From: Puniceicoccales bacterium | Lineage (GTDB): Bacteria > Verrucomicrobiota > Verrucomicrobiia > Opitutales > LL51 | Direction of reading: 5' to 3' | Length of the DNA stretch: 32,000 nt | Assembly: GCA_031283585.1 (NCBI GenBank) | Contig: JAITBP010000010.1 | Coordinates: forward strand, 43,944 to 75,943 | In this document: in pieces, positions 1 through 8,911 of the stretch | Layout: each line of letters opens with the position of its first letter | Numbering within the stretch: position 1 is the stretch's first letter | Notes under the pieces: model-generated | Databases searched by the model: none | The model's input: only the letters and a program-made list of their open reading frames with translations | What the model was told of the DNA's origin: nothing | Position numbers and translations under genes: made by a program

Positions 1-513
1 ATAAACAGTGATAGGCGTATTCAGAAAAGTCAATTCATAGCTGACATAGGCCCAGGATTCACCGGTTCTTTTTGTAAAGGCTAACTCGAGCACTGGATCA
101 TCCTCCGGGTTACTCCATTCTTTAAATTCAATTTTTGCGCCATAGACACCAGCCTCACCATTAAAATATACCATGGATAAATCAATACTGGCCAGGGAAC
201 TAAAATTCCACCAACTATCATAACTAGATCCTATAAATTTCGGGGCTCCAGTTATCCTATATCTTGGAAGCATTGAAGAATCCAATGCACTGAAATTCCT
301 GTTTATAACATATGGAGACTCCGGAGTTTGATCTAGAGTTATTGTATAGCTATAGTTAAAAGTTACCTTTTCCAGTAGCCAGTAAAAATTACACATATCA
401 CTGGGAACGAACCATAAAATCGTTACCGTATCCGTAATATTGCTATTAATGGGAATGAAATGTGGCACACCAGCTTCATTAACCCTACAGAGAAATGGAT
501 CGAAGTTCGTCAT
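1..513 (-). CDS. Phage structural protein, 5' part only (gene continues beyond window start)
   Basis: Hand translation from the ATG at 513 gives MTNFDPFLCRVNEAGVPHFIPINSN..., open for 171 codons to position 1. The start lies 3 nt after the stop of the upstream 584-aa gene. The ORF is absent from the track because it is truncated. No family recognised. Confidence 0.55.
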   Translation of the reverse strand, partial: MTNFDPFLCRVNEAGVPHFIPINSNITDTVTILWFVPSDMCNFYWLLEKVTFNYSYTITLDQTPESPYVINRNFSALDSSMLPRYRITGAPKFIGSSYDSWWNFSSLASIDLSMVYFNGEAGVYGAKIEFKEWSNPEDDPVLELAFTKRTGESWAYVSYELTFLNTPITVY

Positions 514-516
514 AGT

Positions 517-2265
517 TCATGGTACAAATGGTTCACTGGCAACGGAATAGCGTTTCTTGAAAACCCCCGAGTCTGAAACATCCTCTTCTCTCAACTTCAC
601 TAGCAAATCTGTTGGTAAAGTTGAAACGTCCAGGACCATCGATTTGCCAGAATCTTCAGGGTCTTGGAATGTGATTTTTTTATATTTACCTGGGCCATAG
701 GAAGAATTCTCGATTCGAGAAAATTTTCCCTGTTCCACAAAACCGCTGCCTTCAGCTTCAGCCGTTGACCGGATACCAAAATTTCTCGATGAGAATCTTG
801 TTCTATTTGTCCTGGTAAGCTCTGAAAGGTCATCGGCACCGAGATGCCTAGCCGGCCCAAACACCACCAGGGTTTCACCGGCATCGAGGTCTTCATTAAC
901 TTCTTGAACCACAGCATCCATCGTGTTCCAAACCGATTGTCCACCGGAAAGATTTAGTTTCTTACCCATGAAAGCCAGCGAAAGTTCCTTTTCACTGAAG
1001 CGAATAAATCCATCGAATTGCAACACACTTACACTATTATAAACCTGTTCGGCTAGATCCAGTGGCACATCTTCTTCGGTAACCAAGGAAGTAAGCCGTT
1101 TATATGTGTAGGTGGTGGCATTAGTGGCGTTCAATTTCACGGCCACAGCACGATTATAAACCGATTCATCCGTGGTTTGATAGGATATTTTTGCAGTAAT
1201 CACATCCTGTTCGACGGTTCTGTTCATCCAATCGGCCACATTGCCCTGGATGATTTCATTTGGGAGCAGGCTAGATCTGCTCTGATCTGAAATGGAAATA
1301 CTATCCGTTGGTACCTGTTGCAGGCCAGGAAGATGAGCTTTCCACCAGGCCACGCTGTCGATCTGGATTGGCTCGGTTTTCATGTATTGCTTAACATAGG
1401 TCGCCTGCACACCTTCGAGCTCTATGGCCATAACCAAGGATTTCAGTTCTGTTCCGGTGGCCGAAATTGGGCACCTTTGAACCTGTACCGTTTTCCAACT
1501 TTTACCATCTGTGGAGTGGGTTTTTTCAAACTTAAGCACCACCGAAGAAACCTGAAGATCATATCGTGGCTGAATGGAAAACTCAGCTATGTCAGTCTGA
1601 GATAGTATGTTAAATGTAACCGACTCCAGCTGGCTTCTGGTTTTAATATATAGGGTTGGAGTATCGGTGGAATAATCAAAATAGCATATGGCATCTGGAA
1701 TCCAGCGAAGTAATTTTTTTATGGCCTCGGCGCAGGAAAGATCTTTGCATTCATCGAATGGAATATTCACCGGCAGATCCAGCTGATCGTCAAGCAGGAT
1801 TGGCACAGCGCAGGCACCAATAGCATAGCTTACAATTTCATCGATCTGATCGCCTATGGTTATCGCATCACCGTCAGAATTTTGGCCCAAAATCAGGTGA
1901 CTTTTCGTAATATTTTTCAGCGAACTTGAGGGATCATCCGGATCCACAGGTTCTTTCCAAACCTGTTGATAGATAAGATTTTCAAGAAACCACCAGGTCC
2001 CAGATAAGGTATAGTTATGAAACTCCGCATCCATGGAACCGTAAACCGGTGTCATGGTAACCACGCCCTGGAACCAAATGCTAGCGCCATGGTATATTTT
2101 TATATATTCATTCGCATCAAAAACCGGTTCATCGAGTATTCCTTTCGATTTGACTGCAAAGGTAACCCTATCGGCAGCCTGATTGCGAAGTTGTCGCTTT
2201 AGGGCGCTGATCCCCCAGTCGGCCAACGATCGCTGTTCTCCTTTATAAAGCAATGACCAATCCAT
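517..2265 (-). CDS. Phage tail/baseplate structural protein (family not assigned)
   Basis: Long ORF inside the phage late block. The track start at 2271 is TTG. The ATG at 2265 is preceded by GAGGAG 6 nt upstream. The N-terminal pattern (MDWSLLYKGEQRSLADWGIS...VTFAV...IKIYHG...WFQGVV) resembles hub / late-control-D-like tail proteins, by impression only. Confidence 0.6.
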   Translation of the reverse strand: MDWSLLYKGEQRSLADWGISALKRQLRNQAADRVTFAVKSKGILDEPVFDANEYIKIYHGASIWFQGVVTMTPVYGSMDAEFHNYTLSGTWWFLENLIYQQVWKEPVDPDDPSSSLKNITKSHLILGQNSDGDAITIGDQIDEIVSYAIGACAVPILLDDQLDLPVNIPFDECKDLSCAEAIKKLLRWIPDAICYFDYSTDTPTLYIKTRSQLESVTFNILSQTDIAEFSIQPRYDLQVSSVVLKFEKTHSTDGKSWKTVQVQRCPISATGTELKSLVMAIELEGVQATYVKQYMKTEPIQIDSVAWWKAHLPGLQQVPTDSISISDQSRSSLLPNEIIQGNVADWMNRTVEQDVITAKISYQTTDESVYNRAVAVKLNATNATTYTYKRLTSLVTEEDVPLDLAEQVYNSVSVLQFDGFIRFSEKELSLAFMGKKLNLSGGQSVWNTMDAVVQEVNEDLDAGETLVVFGPARHLGADDLSELTRTNRTRFSSRNFGIRSTAEAEGSGFVEQGKFSRIENSSYGPGKYKKITFQDPEDSGKSMVLDVSTLPTDLLVKLREEDVSDSGVFKKRYSVASEPFVP

Positions 2266-2267
2266 AT

Positions 2268-2390
2268 TCAACTCCTCAAATTATTTATCTGTGAACGAAG
2301 CGTATCTATTTGCTGCTGAAGAGTATAGCTAAGCCTGTCCAGCTCATCTCTAAGTTTATTTATCTGACCAATGAGTATGTTATCATCCAT
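2268..2390 (-). CDS. 40-aa coiled-coil micro-ORF between fibre and tail genes
   Basis: Hand translation gives MDDNILIGQINKLRDELDRLSYTLQQQIDTLRSQINNLRS*. Its ATG is 1 nt after the fibre stop. Its TGA lies 2 nt before the ATG of the next gene, and its last codons contain that gene's GAGGAG. It is below the track size cutoff. Confidence 0.4.
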   Translation of the reverse strand: MDDNILIGQINKLRDELDRLSYTLQQQIDTLRSQINNLRS

Positions 2391-2391
2391 A

Positions 2392-3801
2392 TTAATTTAT
2401 GCCATAGATTGAAAAATTACCACCGGTAATATTGCCAGAAATGGCTTCTATTTTCAGTGAATTTACATTTACAAAGCCCGAGTTTAGGAATGTGGAGCTG
2501 TATCTTCCAGCACCAGCTTCATTGACGTAGGTATCAGAAGATGGCACATGCCACAGGTAATTAATTTCGGCCAACAGCTGTATGTAGCTACTGGTTTTAC
2601 CAGCTTTCCATAGAGAAACATCACCATTGAAAAATCCATCATAGGAACGGAAATTTGTACTGCTATTCCCCAGTGGCACATAACCCACGGTTCCATTATA
2701 CTTCTCATATCTTATTTCATTGCCTCTGAGATCTGATAGGGATGAAATATATTCTGAAGCTGTCGTTATCCAGGATGTTTCATTGTCCACGGTGTTTCCA
2801 AAGACAATGGATAGAAGTGCATAGACTGGACTTTTGGTACAACAATTCAGGACAATTTTGTAATGCAGGAACTGCGAACTATTCAGCACTTCGGTAAAAA
2901 TAACCGCTGCGGTGGAAGAACTCAGGCTGATCGTTTTCAGAAGTTTCCAGGGATAATTTTTCCAAGAAAGTCCGGTCTCGGAAGTCGAATCAACCATCAA
3001 TACCTGATTTTCATCACCCAAAGCTAATACCGTTGATGAATTTTCTCCACCGCCAACTATCATATCGCCGACACTGGATATGGGCGACAAGTTATTGAAT
3101 GCTGACACCTTATCCTCGGCACCTGTTCCTCCACAGCCAATGCTCAATGGGGTAATACCGGAAATGCTGCCACCGGTTATTGAGATAGCATCGCTATGCT
3201 GAACAGCCATCGACCCAAGGCCAAGATTAGATCTAGCAGCTGCTTCATCATCCACATCCAGCAGGTTTTTTGATCTGTTCATGAAGATGGCGTCGCATTC
3301 TGCGGCGGTGTAATATGATTCCAATGGCGGTGGCGGAATAATTGTATCGCTATTGCCGCCGTCAATCACCCTGATCTTACCAGCACAAACGGTTACGGTT
3401 TTTGCGTCGGGTTTCGTGATAACCCACAGGCTAAGCCAATAGTCATCGGCGGCCAGAGATGTTTCATTTTCGGAAAAATCAATGACCGCATGTTGAGCCG
3501 TTCCATTGGCCCAGGACTCCGGGGTGACACTGTTATCCAGCGAAGAAGTTTCGCCGTACATCAACACCTGATTACCGCTGTCCACCGTCGTTCCATCGCT
3601 ACTTAAGACCTTAACTGCCAAGCAGATCTTATCTATATTCGAAACATCTACCAAGGTTCCATTGGCAAATAATCCCAGCTGGAATTCCATGTCATTGGAC
3701 TTCCAAAATTGGACCATCTCCTTGCGATTTACATCTACTGGTAGACAAAATGTTTCTGTATCTATCCCAAGACGCAGTATAAACTTATCTATTGTTGTCA
3801 T
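2392..3801 (-). CDS. Phage tail fibre / receptor-binding protein
   Basis: 469 aa. The central segment (NLGLGSMAVQHSDAISITGGSISGITPLSIGCGGTGAEDKVSAFNNL) matches the motif common in phage tail-fibre proteins (LGLGS...ITGG.I.GITPL...GGTGA). The gene sits in the late operon. Confidence 0.6.
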   Translation of the reverse strand: MTTIDKFILRLGIDTETFCLPVDVNRKEMVQFWKSNDMEFQLGLFANGTLVDVSNIDKICLAVKVLSSDGTTVDSGNQVLMYGETSSLDNSVTPESWANGTAQHAVIDFSENETSLAADDYWLSLWVITKPDAKTVTVCAGKIRVIDGGNSDTIIPPPPLESYYTAAECDAIFMNRSKNLLDVDDEAAARSNLGLGSMAVQHSDAISITGGSISGITPLSIGCGGTGAEDKVSAFNNLSPISSVGDMIVGGGENSSTVLALGDENQVLMVDSTSETGLSWKNYPWKLLKTISLSSSTAAVIFTEVLNSSQFLHYKIVLNCCTKSPVYALLSIVFGNTVDNETSWITTASEYISSLSDLRGNEIRYEKYNGTVGYVPLGNSSTNFRSYDGFFNGDVSLWKAGKTSSYIQLLAEINYLWHVPSSDTYVNEAGAGRYSSTFLNSGFVNVNSLKIEAISGNITGGNFSIYGIN

Positions 3802-3818
3802 ATAAAAAAATAAAAATT

Positions 3819-4217
3819 CTATCCAATGCCATTGGTTATCCTTCCGCCGGTGATTTTATAATAATGCAGCGCTGTGTTACCATTGGCTGAAGATTGCACT
3901 GTAACCAGTACAGCATTATGCATATAGTAAGTATTATTACTGGGCTCACCGACCAGGGTTAGGTAGGACTGCAACCCGGTGAGCTCCGATGAATGTTCCA
4001 GAGAATTGATCTGGGCACTTTCTACCGAATCGTATTTCTTCATGACCTTGAATTCTATGGTGATTTGTAGATTTCCTCTATCTATGGCCTTGACTTCGGT
4101 CCCCCTTACGGTCTCGGCAATTTGGACGTTTCTCTGGCCGGAAATCTTCAGATCGAAAGGGTTCTCCCGTGCATTATCCCCGGCGGCCAACACTATTGTA
4201 CCAAATGATATTTTCAT
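3819..4217 (-). CDS. Small phage structural protein (possible tail tube/adaptor-like)
   Basis: The track ORF 3819..4244 starts at GTG and overlaps the upstream gene. The first ATG (MKISFGTIVLAAGDN...) is at 4217. Assigned by position between head-completion genes and the fibre. No family recognised. Confidence 0.45.
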   Translation of the reverse strand: MKISFGTIVLAAGDNARENPFDLKISGQRNVQIAETVRGTEVKAIDRGNLQITIEFKVMKKYDSVESAQINSLEHSSELTGLQSYLTLVGEPSNNTYYMHNAVLVTVQSSANGNTALHYYKITGGRITNGIG

Positions 4218-4231
4218 GATTTTATATTTTT

Positions 4232-4684
4232 TTATAGCGAGCACATCGCCGTGAAGGTTAAAATTATCAGGTTGGTTTGGTTCTCAACCTCTGATACCCA
4301 TGGTTTTGTCTCAGAACACGTTATATATCCTTGCCAGTGCTCCACATCAATTTTCACCAAATGAAGCAAGGCGGTGATTTTTTCTGCAACAGCTATGGAA
4401 CTTTTTCCCGAGCTGTTTGTATAAATATTATCTATTATCTTCAGCTGAATGCTGATGGTCTCAAACACCGGACCGGGGACATTTTTATCGATTCTTATGG
4501 GCACAGGAGGCATCACAAGAATCGCCACACTAATACCTTCACGCACAGCGTTTGTTATTATGCTCTCAACATTACTTTGCCTATGGGTAAATATCGGGAC
4601 GCCACGTAGTTCAACATTTTTTTCGATCAAAGTGACTAGGTAATCCTGAATTTTTTCTAAAATCCCATCGTTTGGCCTATACAT
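4232..4684 (-). CDS. Phage head-completion/neck protein (Mu gp37/DUF1834-like, tentative)
   Basis: 150 aa. Starts 1 nt after the stop of the gp36-like gene. Size and position match the Mu gp36-gp37 pair. Confidence 0.45.
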   Translation of the reverse strand: MYRPNDGILEKIQDYLVTLIEKNVELRGVPIFTHRQSNVESIITNAVREGISVAILVMPPVPIRIDKNVPGPVFETISIQLKIIDNIYTNSSGKSSIAVAEKITALLHLVKIDVEHWQGYITCSETKPWVSEVENQTNLIILTFTAMCSL

Positions 4685-4685
4685 A

Positions 4686-5135
4686 TCAGAATCCCCCTAA
4701 TGTTTCACCGGTTACAGTGTTTTCCCTATGGGTTACTACTTCCACGCCAACAGGTTGGTAATCTTTGGCTTCATCAGGAACCGATATGGCCACCTCTCCT
4801 TTAGCCACCCTTCGCAGAGATTCACGGGCCTGATCCGCCAGACGAATCTGATCTTCAGATAGCTTCAAACCAGGGATTCTGGTCTGGGCAATCTCCAATA
4901 TCAGGCTGCAGGCCGCGCTTTTTAATTCCAACGGAATAGCCCCGGCGGTAGCACTTAATACATTCTGCCGGTTGCTCTTGATTTCAGATCGAATCCTTGA
5001 AGAAACATCTTTGATGATCTCCATAATCGGATCGATCTGATGTTTGGCCAGCGCCTGTTTACGTAGTGCATCTACCTGTTGCGCAACCAAATAGTCATAT
5101 AAATCTTCGGGTATAATTTTAATCCAATTGGTCAT
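4686..5135 (-). CDS. Phage head-tail connector protein (Mu gp36/DUF1320-like, tentative)
   Basis: 149 aa, MTNWIKIIPEDLYDYLVAQQVDALRKQ.... It is the first gene after the capsid gene. The N-terminal pattern is typical of the DUF1320 family. Confidence 0.5.
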   Translation of the reverse strand: MTNWIKIIPEDLYDYLVAQQVDALRKQALAKHQIDPIMEIIKDVSSRIRSEIKSNRQNVLSATAGAIPLELKSAACSLILEIAQTRIPGLKLSEDQIRLADQARESLRRVAKGEVAISVPDEAKDYQPVGVEVVTHRENTVTGETLGGF

Positions 5136-5150
5136 GATATTTTTGTCTAT

Positions 5151-5256
5151 CCGGAGGATTTTTTACTTCTTTTATTTTTTCCATTTTTTCTGTTTTTTTG
5201 TTTTTTCTGCTTTTTCTGTTTTTGCTTCCTATTTTGAATTAAAAATCCCCCGGAGG
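5151..5256. repeat. Phased A-tract / short-repeat intergenic region flanked by direct CCGGAGG heptamers
   Basis: The minus strand reads ...gcaaaaacagaaaaagcagaaaaaacaaaaaaacagaaaaaatggaaaaaataaaagaagtaaaaaa.... CCGGAGG occurs at 5151-5157 and 5250-5256 on the plus strand. The region lies between the capsid stop (5287) and the next start (5135). Confidence 0.6.
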
Positions 5257-5286
5257 TTGTTTATTTTGGTTTTGTTAGCCTAGCTG

Positions 5287-6252
5287 TTAGGTGGCTGAAA
5301 CCACAAGTTTTCTTATTCCCGTGGTTGATGTTACCACAATGTTACTGTAGTGCTCTACGGTTATGTCGCTGAATTTGCTGTGTTCCTCGACATAAACCCT
5401 AAATGGTGAGCCATCGGCCGGTGTCACAAATCTTTTTATATTGGCCGGTTCATCTTTCATGATCTCATTGTTTGTAAAAAATGCATATATGCTATTGCCC
5501 AATATGGCTTCCTTGGATGTGGCCGCATTTTGGTAGCGTGCATTAATTACACGGACTTCATCTACAAATAATTTACAAGCAAGTTCTTCCAGCGTTAACC
5601 CCGCAGCACGACTAGCTCCGGCATTGTTCTGAGCGTCGTAGGAATTGGCTCTGATATCCCAGGCAGCTTCGCCTATTACAATCCTGTTCGGTCGCACACC
5701 GGTGATGTCCGTTGCGGCTTCTAACTCCGAGCGTATATCTGCATCCGGGTTTGACTCATCCGCCCATACATAGTTAGCGGAAGCAGTTTGAGCATTGGCT
5801 TCCAGAGCAGAAATTGCCCGGCGCAACTCATTGCGATATAACCTCTGCAGCAGCAGTTGGACATAGCGTTCACGCCAATCATCACCAGCCACATCATCGT
5901 GATCAATCCGAATTGTAAGTCCTTTATTAAAAGTCTTCGATGTAACGGATGTACCGGTAAATTCGACCCTTTTAAAGGCTGATCCAATGGAACGGATATC
6001 GTCGGTTTCAGATAAAAATGCCTCATTATTGTTGGCTACCTTAAACTCAAATCGACGGGAGACCGGAACTATCGGTGCCAAAAAGTTCAACAATGACTCT
6101 ATGTTTTCCCTGTCCTTCCACCCAACGGTAAATGCCGTAAGTGGTTCTGAATAATTGGATGCAGTAAACCGCGATTCGTTGGCTGCACAGACCGTTCCAT
6201 AGTCCTGAAAACCGTCATCTTTTGGTAATATTTCGAATGTATTCATTTTCAT
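5287..6252 (-). CDS. Phage major capsid protein
   Basis: 321 aa, immediately downstream of the protease and decoration genes. Size and order fit an HK97-fold coat protein. The exact family is uncertain. Confidence 0.7.
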   Translation of the reverse strand: MKMNTFEILPKDDGFQDYGTVCAANESRFTASNYSEPLTAFTVGWKDRENIESLLNFLAPIVPVSRRFEFKVANNNEAFLSETDDIRSIGSAFKRVEFTGTSVTSKTFNKGLTIRIDHDDVAGDDWRERYVQLLLQRLYRNELRRAISALEANAQTASANYVWADESNPDADIRSELEAATDITGVRPNRIVIGEAAWDIRANSYDAQNNAGASRAAGLTLEELACKLFVDEVRVINARYQNAATSKEAILGNSIYAFFTNNEIMKDEPANIKRFVTPADGSPFRVYVEEHSKFSDITVEHYSNIVVTSTTGIRKLVVSAT

Positions 6253-6268
6253 AATATACTTAAAATTA

Positions 6269-6685
6269 TTATGGCATTACGTGTTTAGTTGGTACGCAGG
6301 ATAATACCTCCACCATGCCATTTGCTATGGCACCATTCAGTGCTATCCCAATGCAATTATAGGTTCCTGTTGACGTACCGAGGGGAGTAATTTTTCCATT
6401 GGCCGCCGGCATAAGACGCGTACCGGCCGATATTTCTGCACTGGCAATGGCTTTTATGGTATCCGCACAGCCAAGTAATGCCACATTCACAATGTCTCCG
6501 GCCGATGCTTCGTCGGTTGCGACGCCTATGGGCAGATCCGAACCAGTACAAATATCGACTTCGGCAGAATTGCTGCTATCGATTTTAACCAGAGTATACT
6601 TTTCGGTGATGTCGGCTTTCGCAATCCTGGTGATATTGCCTTCGTGGGTACCTTCTGCAATGTTAGAGAATATTTCTTTTTTCAT
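6269..6685 (-). CDS. Head decoration/cement protein (DUF2190-like)
   Basis: The track start 6715 is TTG; the first ATG is at 6685 (MKKEIFSNIAEGTHEG...). It is Gly/Ala-rich (LPIGVATDEASAGDIVNVALLG...AGTRLMPAANGKITPLG), as in DUF2190 proteins that sit between protease and capsid genes. Confidence 0.55.
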   Translation of the reverse strand: MKKEIFSNIAEGTHEGNITRIAKADITEKYTLVKIDSSNSAEVDICTGSDLPIGVATDEASAGDIVNVALLGCADTIKAIASAEISAGTRLMPAANGKITPLGTSTGTYNCIGIALNGAIANGMVEVLSCVPTKHVMP

Positions 6686-6719
6686 ATTTTTATGGGTGAA
6701 AATTTTGTTAATCAACGAA

Positions 6720-7709
6720 TTAATCAGTGAACAGTGATGGATTGGTTCTTTTTGCCCAGGCCCAGGCTTCGCTATATTTATCGCCGGTGGCCATCATATG
6801 TTCCTGTACCAAAGCCAGGATTTTGTCCTTTTTTTCATAAAAGCACCTGGCCCGGCTGTTTAGACCGATGGTTTTTGTTTTAGTATTTAAATTGGTCGAT
6901 GGCAAAGATTCCTCATCCCTATCATTAGCCATGTCCATGGTGACCGGTGCCGAGCCATCCACAGCCAAATTCACTGCCATCGATTCATTTTCTTGTTTTT
7001 GCAACTCGTTGGGTTGGATCATGTGATAAAGGTTTTCAGCCTCGGCTCTGAGCTTTTTATTCTCGTCGATCAGTTCCTCGGCCTGAGTTTTCCATTTTAC
7101 TGAATTTTCCACCATGGATTTCAATGTGTTTAGTTGCTCTTCAAAATCCATTAACTCATTCAATCCGAGCAGGGTTATGAACCTTGCAAGCTTTTCGCCA
7201 TCGGATAGTCGCGCATTTTTCGAACCCGAGTGATCGACTAGCCTGCAGGTCCTGATATTTGGATTGTTTGTAAGACCGACCGACAGCAATTTTATAGGCT
7301 CAAAGCCATTGTTTCCTATATTTTTCATGCGCCACCTGGGCGATAAAAATCTGAAAAAACCATTTCTAATCAATTGATAACCTACACCGGACCAATGGAT
7401 TAAAAGCCACATACCATCGGATCTTGGCTCAATATCCTTGACCCTTCCATAGACCAGGTGACTTTTGTGACCCGGACTACCGGAAAACCTATCATCATCG
7501 GGATGGCCTATAAAAATCGGTAACCCGAGAAATTTTCTGCTCAGCCGACCTCGCAGTGATTTAAAATTTTTTGCGATTATCTCAGCCGACGACCTGTTGA
7601 AATGCTGCACACCTCTGGGATGTGGGTAGTCACCATAGGGCAGTAATTTGATCCACTGATCCAGCACCGGCTTTTCCATGGTTTTTAAATTAGTGTTCAT
7701 TTTATACAT
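6720..7709 (-). CDS. Mu gpI-like prohead protease with C-terminal scaffold-like coiled coil
   Basis: The N-terminus (WIKLLPYGDYPHPRGVQHF...AEIIAKNF...LPIFIGHPDD) resembles the Mu-like prophage protease family. The C-terminal half is coiled-coil (EEQLNTLKSMVENSVKWKTQAEELIDENKKLRAEAENL). The start is ambiguous, with ATGs at 7709, 7700 and 7679; the 7709 start overlaps the portal stop by 8 nt. Confidence 0.65.
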   Translation of the reverse strand: MYKMNTNLKTMEKPVLDQWIKLLPYGDYPHPRGVQHFNRSSAEIIAKNFKSLRGRLSRKFLGLPIFIGHPDDDRFSGSPGHKSHLVYGRVKDIEPRSDGMWLLIHWSGVGYQLIRNGFFRFLSPRWRMKNIGNNGFEPIKLLSVGLTNNPNIRTCRLVDHSGSKNARLSDGEKLARFITLLGLNELMDFEEQLNTLKSMVENSVKWKTQAEELIDENKKLRAEAENLYHMIQPNELQKQENESMAVNLAVDGSAPVTMDMANDRDEESLPSTNLNTKTKTIGLNSRARCFYEKKDKILALVQEHMMATGDKYSEAWAWAKRTNPSLFTD

Positions 7710-8907
7710 TTTTTATCAGAATATTTTCCGAATTTTCTGGAGTGGTAAGACCAAACTTTTCCCTGATATCCTCGATGGCCAATGGCACTCCCATGTCAAA
7801 AAGTTCGCGATAAATCACTATTTCATCCCTGGTATTAGCTCTGGGTTTTGTTACCAACCTGATATAGGCTTTCGGATTTGCGTCGCCGAATAAATGCCTG
7901 ATGACAAATTTGTCCACCTGCTCATTCAATGTCTCGGAAATCATGGTTGCATCATCCTCTTCTATCAGTGCAGTTTCATCGGCCTGAAGCGAAGCTCCCG
8001 TTCCAGATGCTCTTGATAATGTAGATAGATCTGACCCACGCCACAGGGCAGAGATAGCTCTGTCCATCCGATCAACCAACGCCGGATAGGGTAGCTCACC
8101 ACGGCTGGTTAAGTCTATGGCTTCGATGTTTGTGCCTTCGGACATTAGGGCATTAAATTCCGCTCCAAAGTCTTCCACCGCATCCCTGGCCGCCTCCCAC
8201 TGGGGTGATCCGGGCGAAGCATCGGTCACTCCTTTGACACCGGGCATTCCATTGCGCTCACAATATACAAGCCAATCCCGCAGAGGAAGATGCTTGAACA
8301 GATAGGCAATCGAAGAAGCCTCCATCAACCCATCTCCGACGGTTACAAGCCAGGCTCCATCATCCAGTGGAACGCCATCGGTGGCCGTGTCGCTTTCAAG
8401 AAATCTCAAGGACCCGGTCTTGTTCTCAAAGAACCACAGCGGCACAAACCTGAAAACAGCTGTCAATTTAAGTTTATCTCCATTGGCCAAAGGAATGTAG
8501 ATTATTTCATGTACTGCATACTTCTTGCCTATGGCATCCATCATTTGCTTCACCAGTAGGCCGAAGCCACCTCGCTCATTACCATCGCAGGCATGGGTAG
8601 CCGAAAGATTATTATAAAAATATTCCAGTGCACATTTATGATTCAGGGCTTCTTCGGATTGGTCCAACGCAATGATTTCCCATTGCAACCTGGCCACGGA
8701 TTTTTTCCTTTTTGCTGCCACACCCTGGATCACATCGTCTCTTCGTTCAATCGAATCCCAGGTCATCGCAGCGCTACGAAGATAGCCTGCCGCAAATGCA
8801 TCCAACATCTGGGATAGCGAATCTGGTGTCAAAGTTTTTATTGGATTAAACCTTGCTCTCATGGAGCTCTTAATCCTTGCTTCCGAAATCTGCGAAATTG
8901 TTTTCAT
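7702..8907 (-). CDS. Phage portal protein (DUF935 / Mu gp29-like)
   Basis: 401 aa. The N-terminus (LTPDSLSQMLDAFAAGYLRSAAMTWDSIERRDDVIQGVAAKRKKSVARLQWEI) fits the DUF935 portal pattern. It lies directly downstream of TerL. Confidence 0.8.
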   Translation of the reverse strand: MKTISQISEARIKSSMRARFNPIKTLTPDSLSQMLDAFAAGYLRSAAMTWDSIERRDDVIQGVAAKRKKSVARLQWEIIALDQSEEALNHKCALEYFYNNLSATHACDGNERGGFGLLVKQMMDAIGKKYAVHEIIYIPLANGDKLKLTAVFRFVPLWFFENKTGSLRFLESDTATDGVPLDDGAWLVTVGDGLMEASSIAYLFKHLPLRDWLVYCERNGMPGVKGVTDASPGSPQWEAARDAVEDFGAEFNALMSEGTNIEAIDLTSRGELPYPALVDRMDRAISALWRGSDLSTLSRASGTGASLQADETALIEEDDATMISETLNEQVDKFVIRHLFGDANPKAYIRLVTKPRANTRDEIVIYRELFDMGVPLAIEDIREKFGLTTPENSENILIKNV

Positions 8908-8911
8908 AAAA

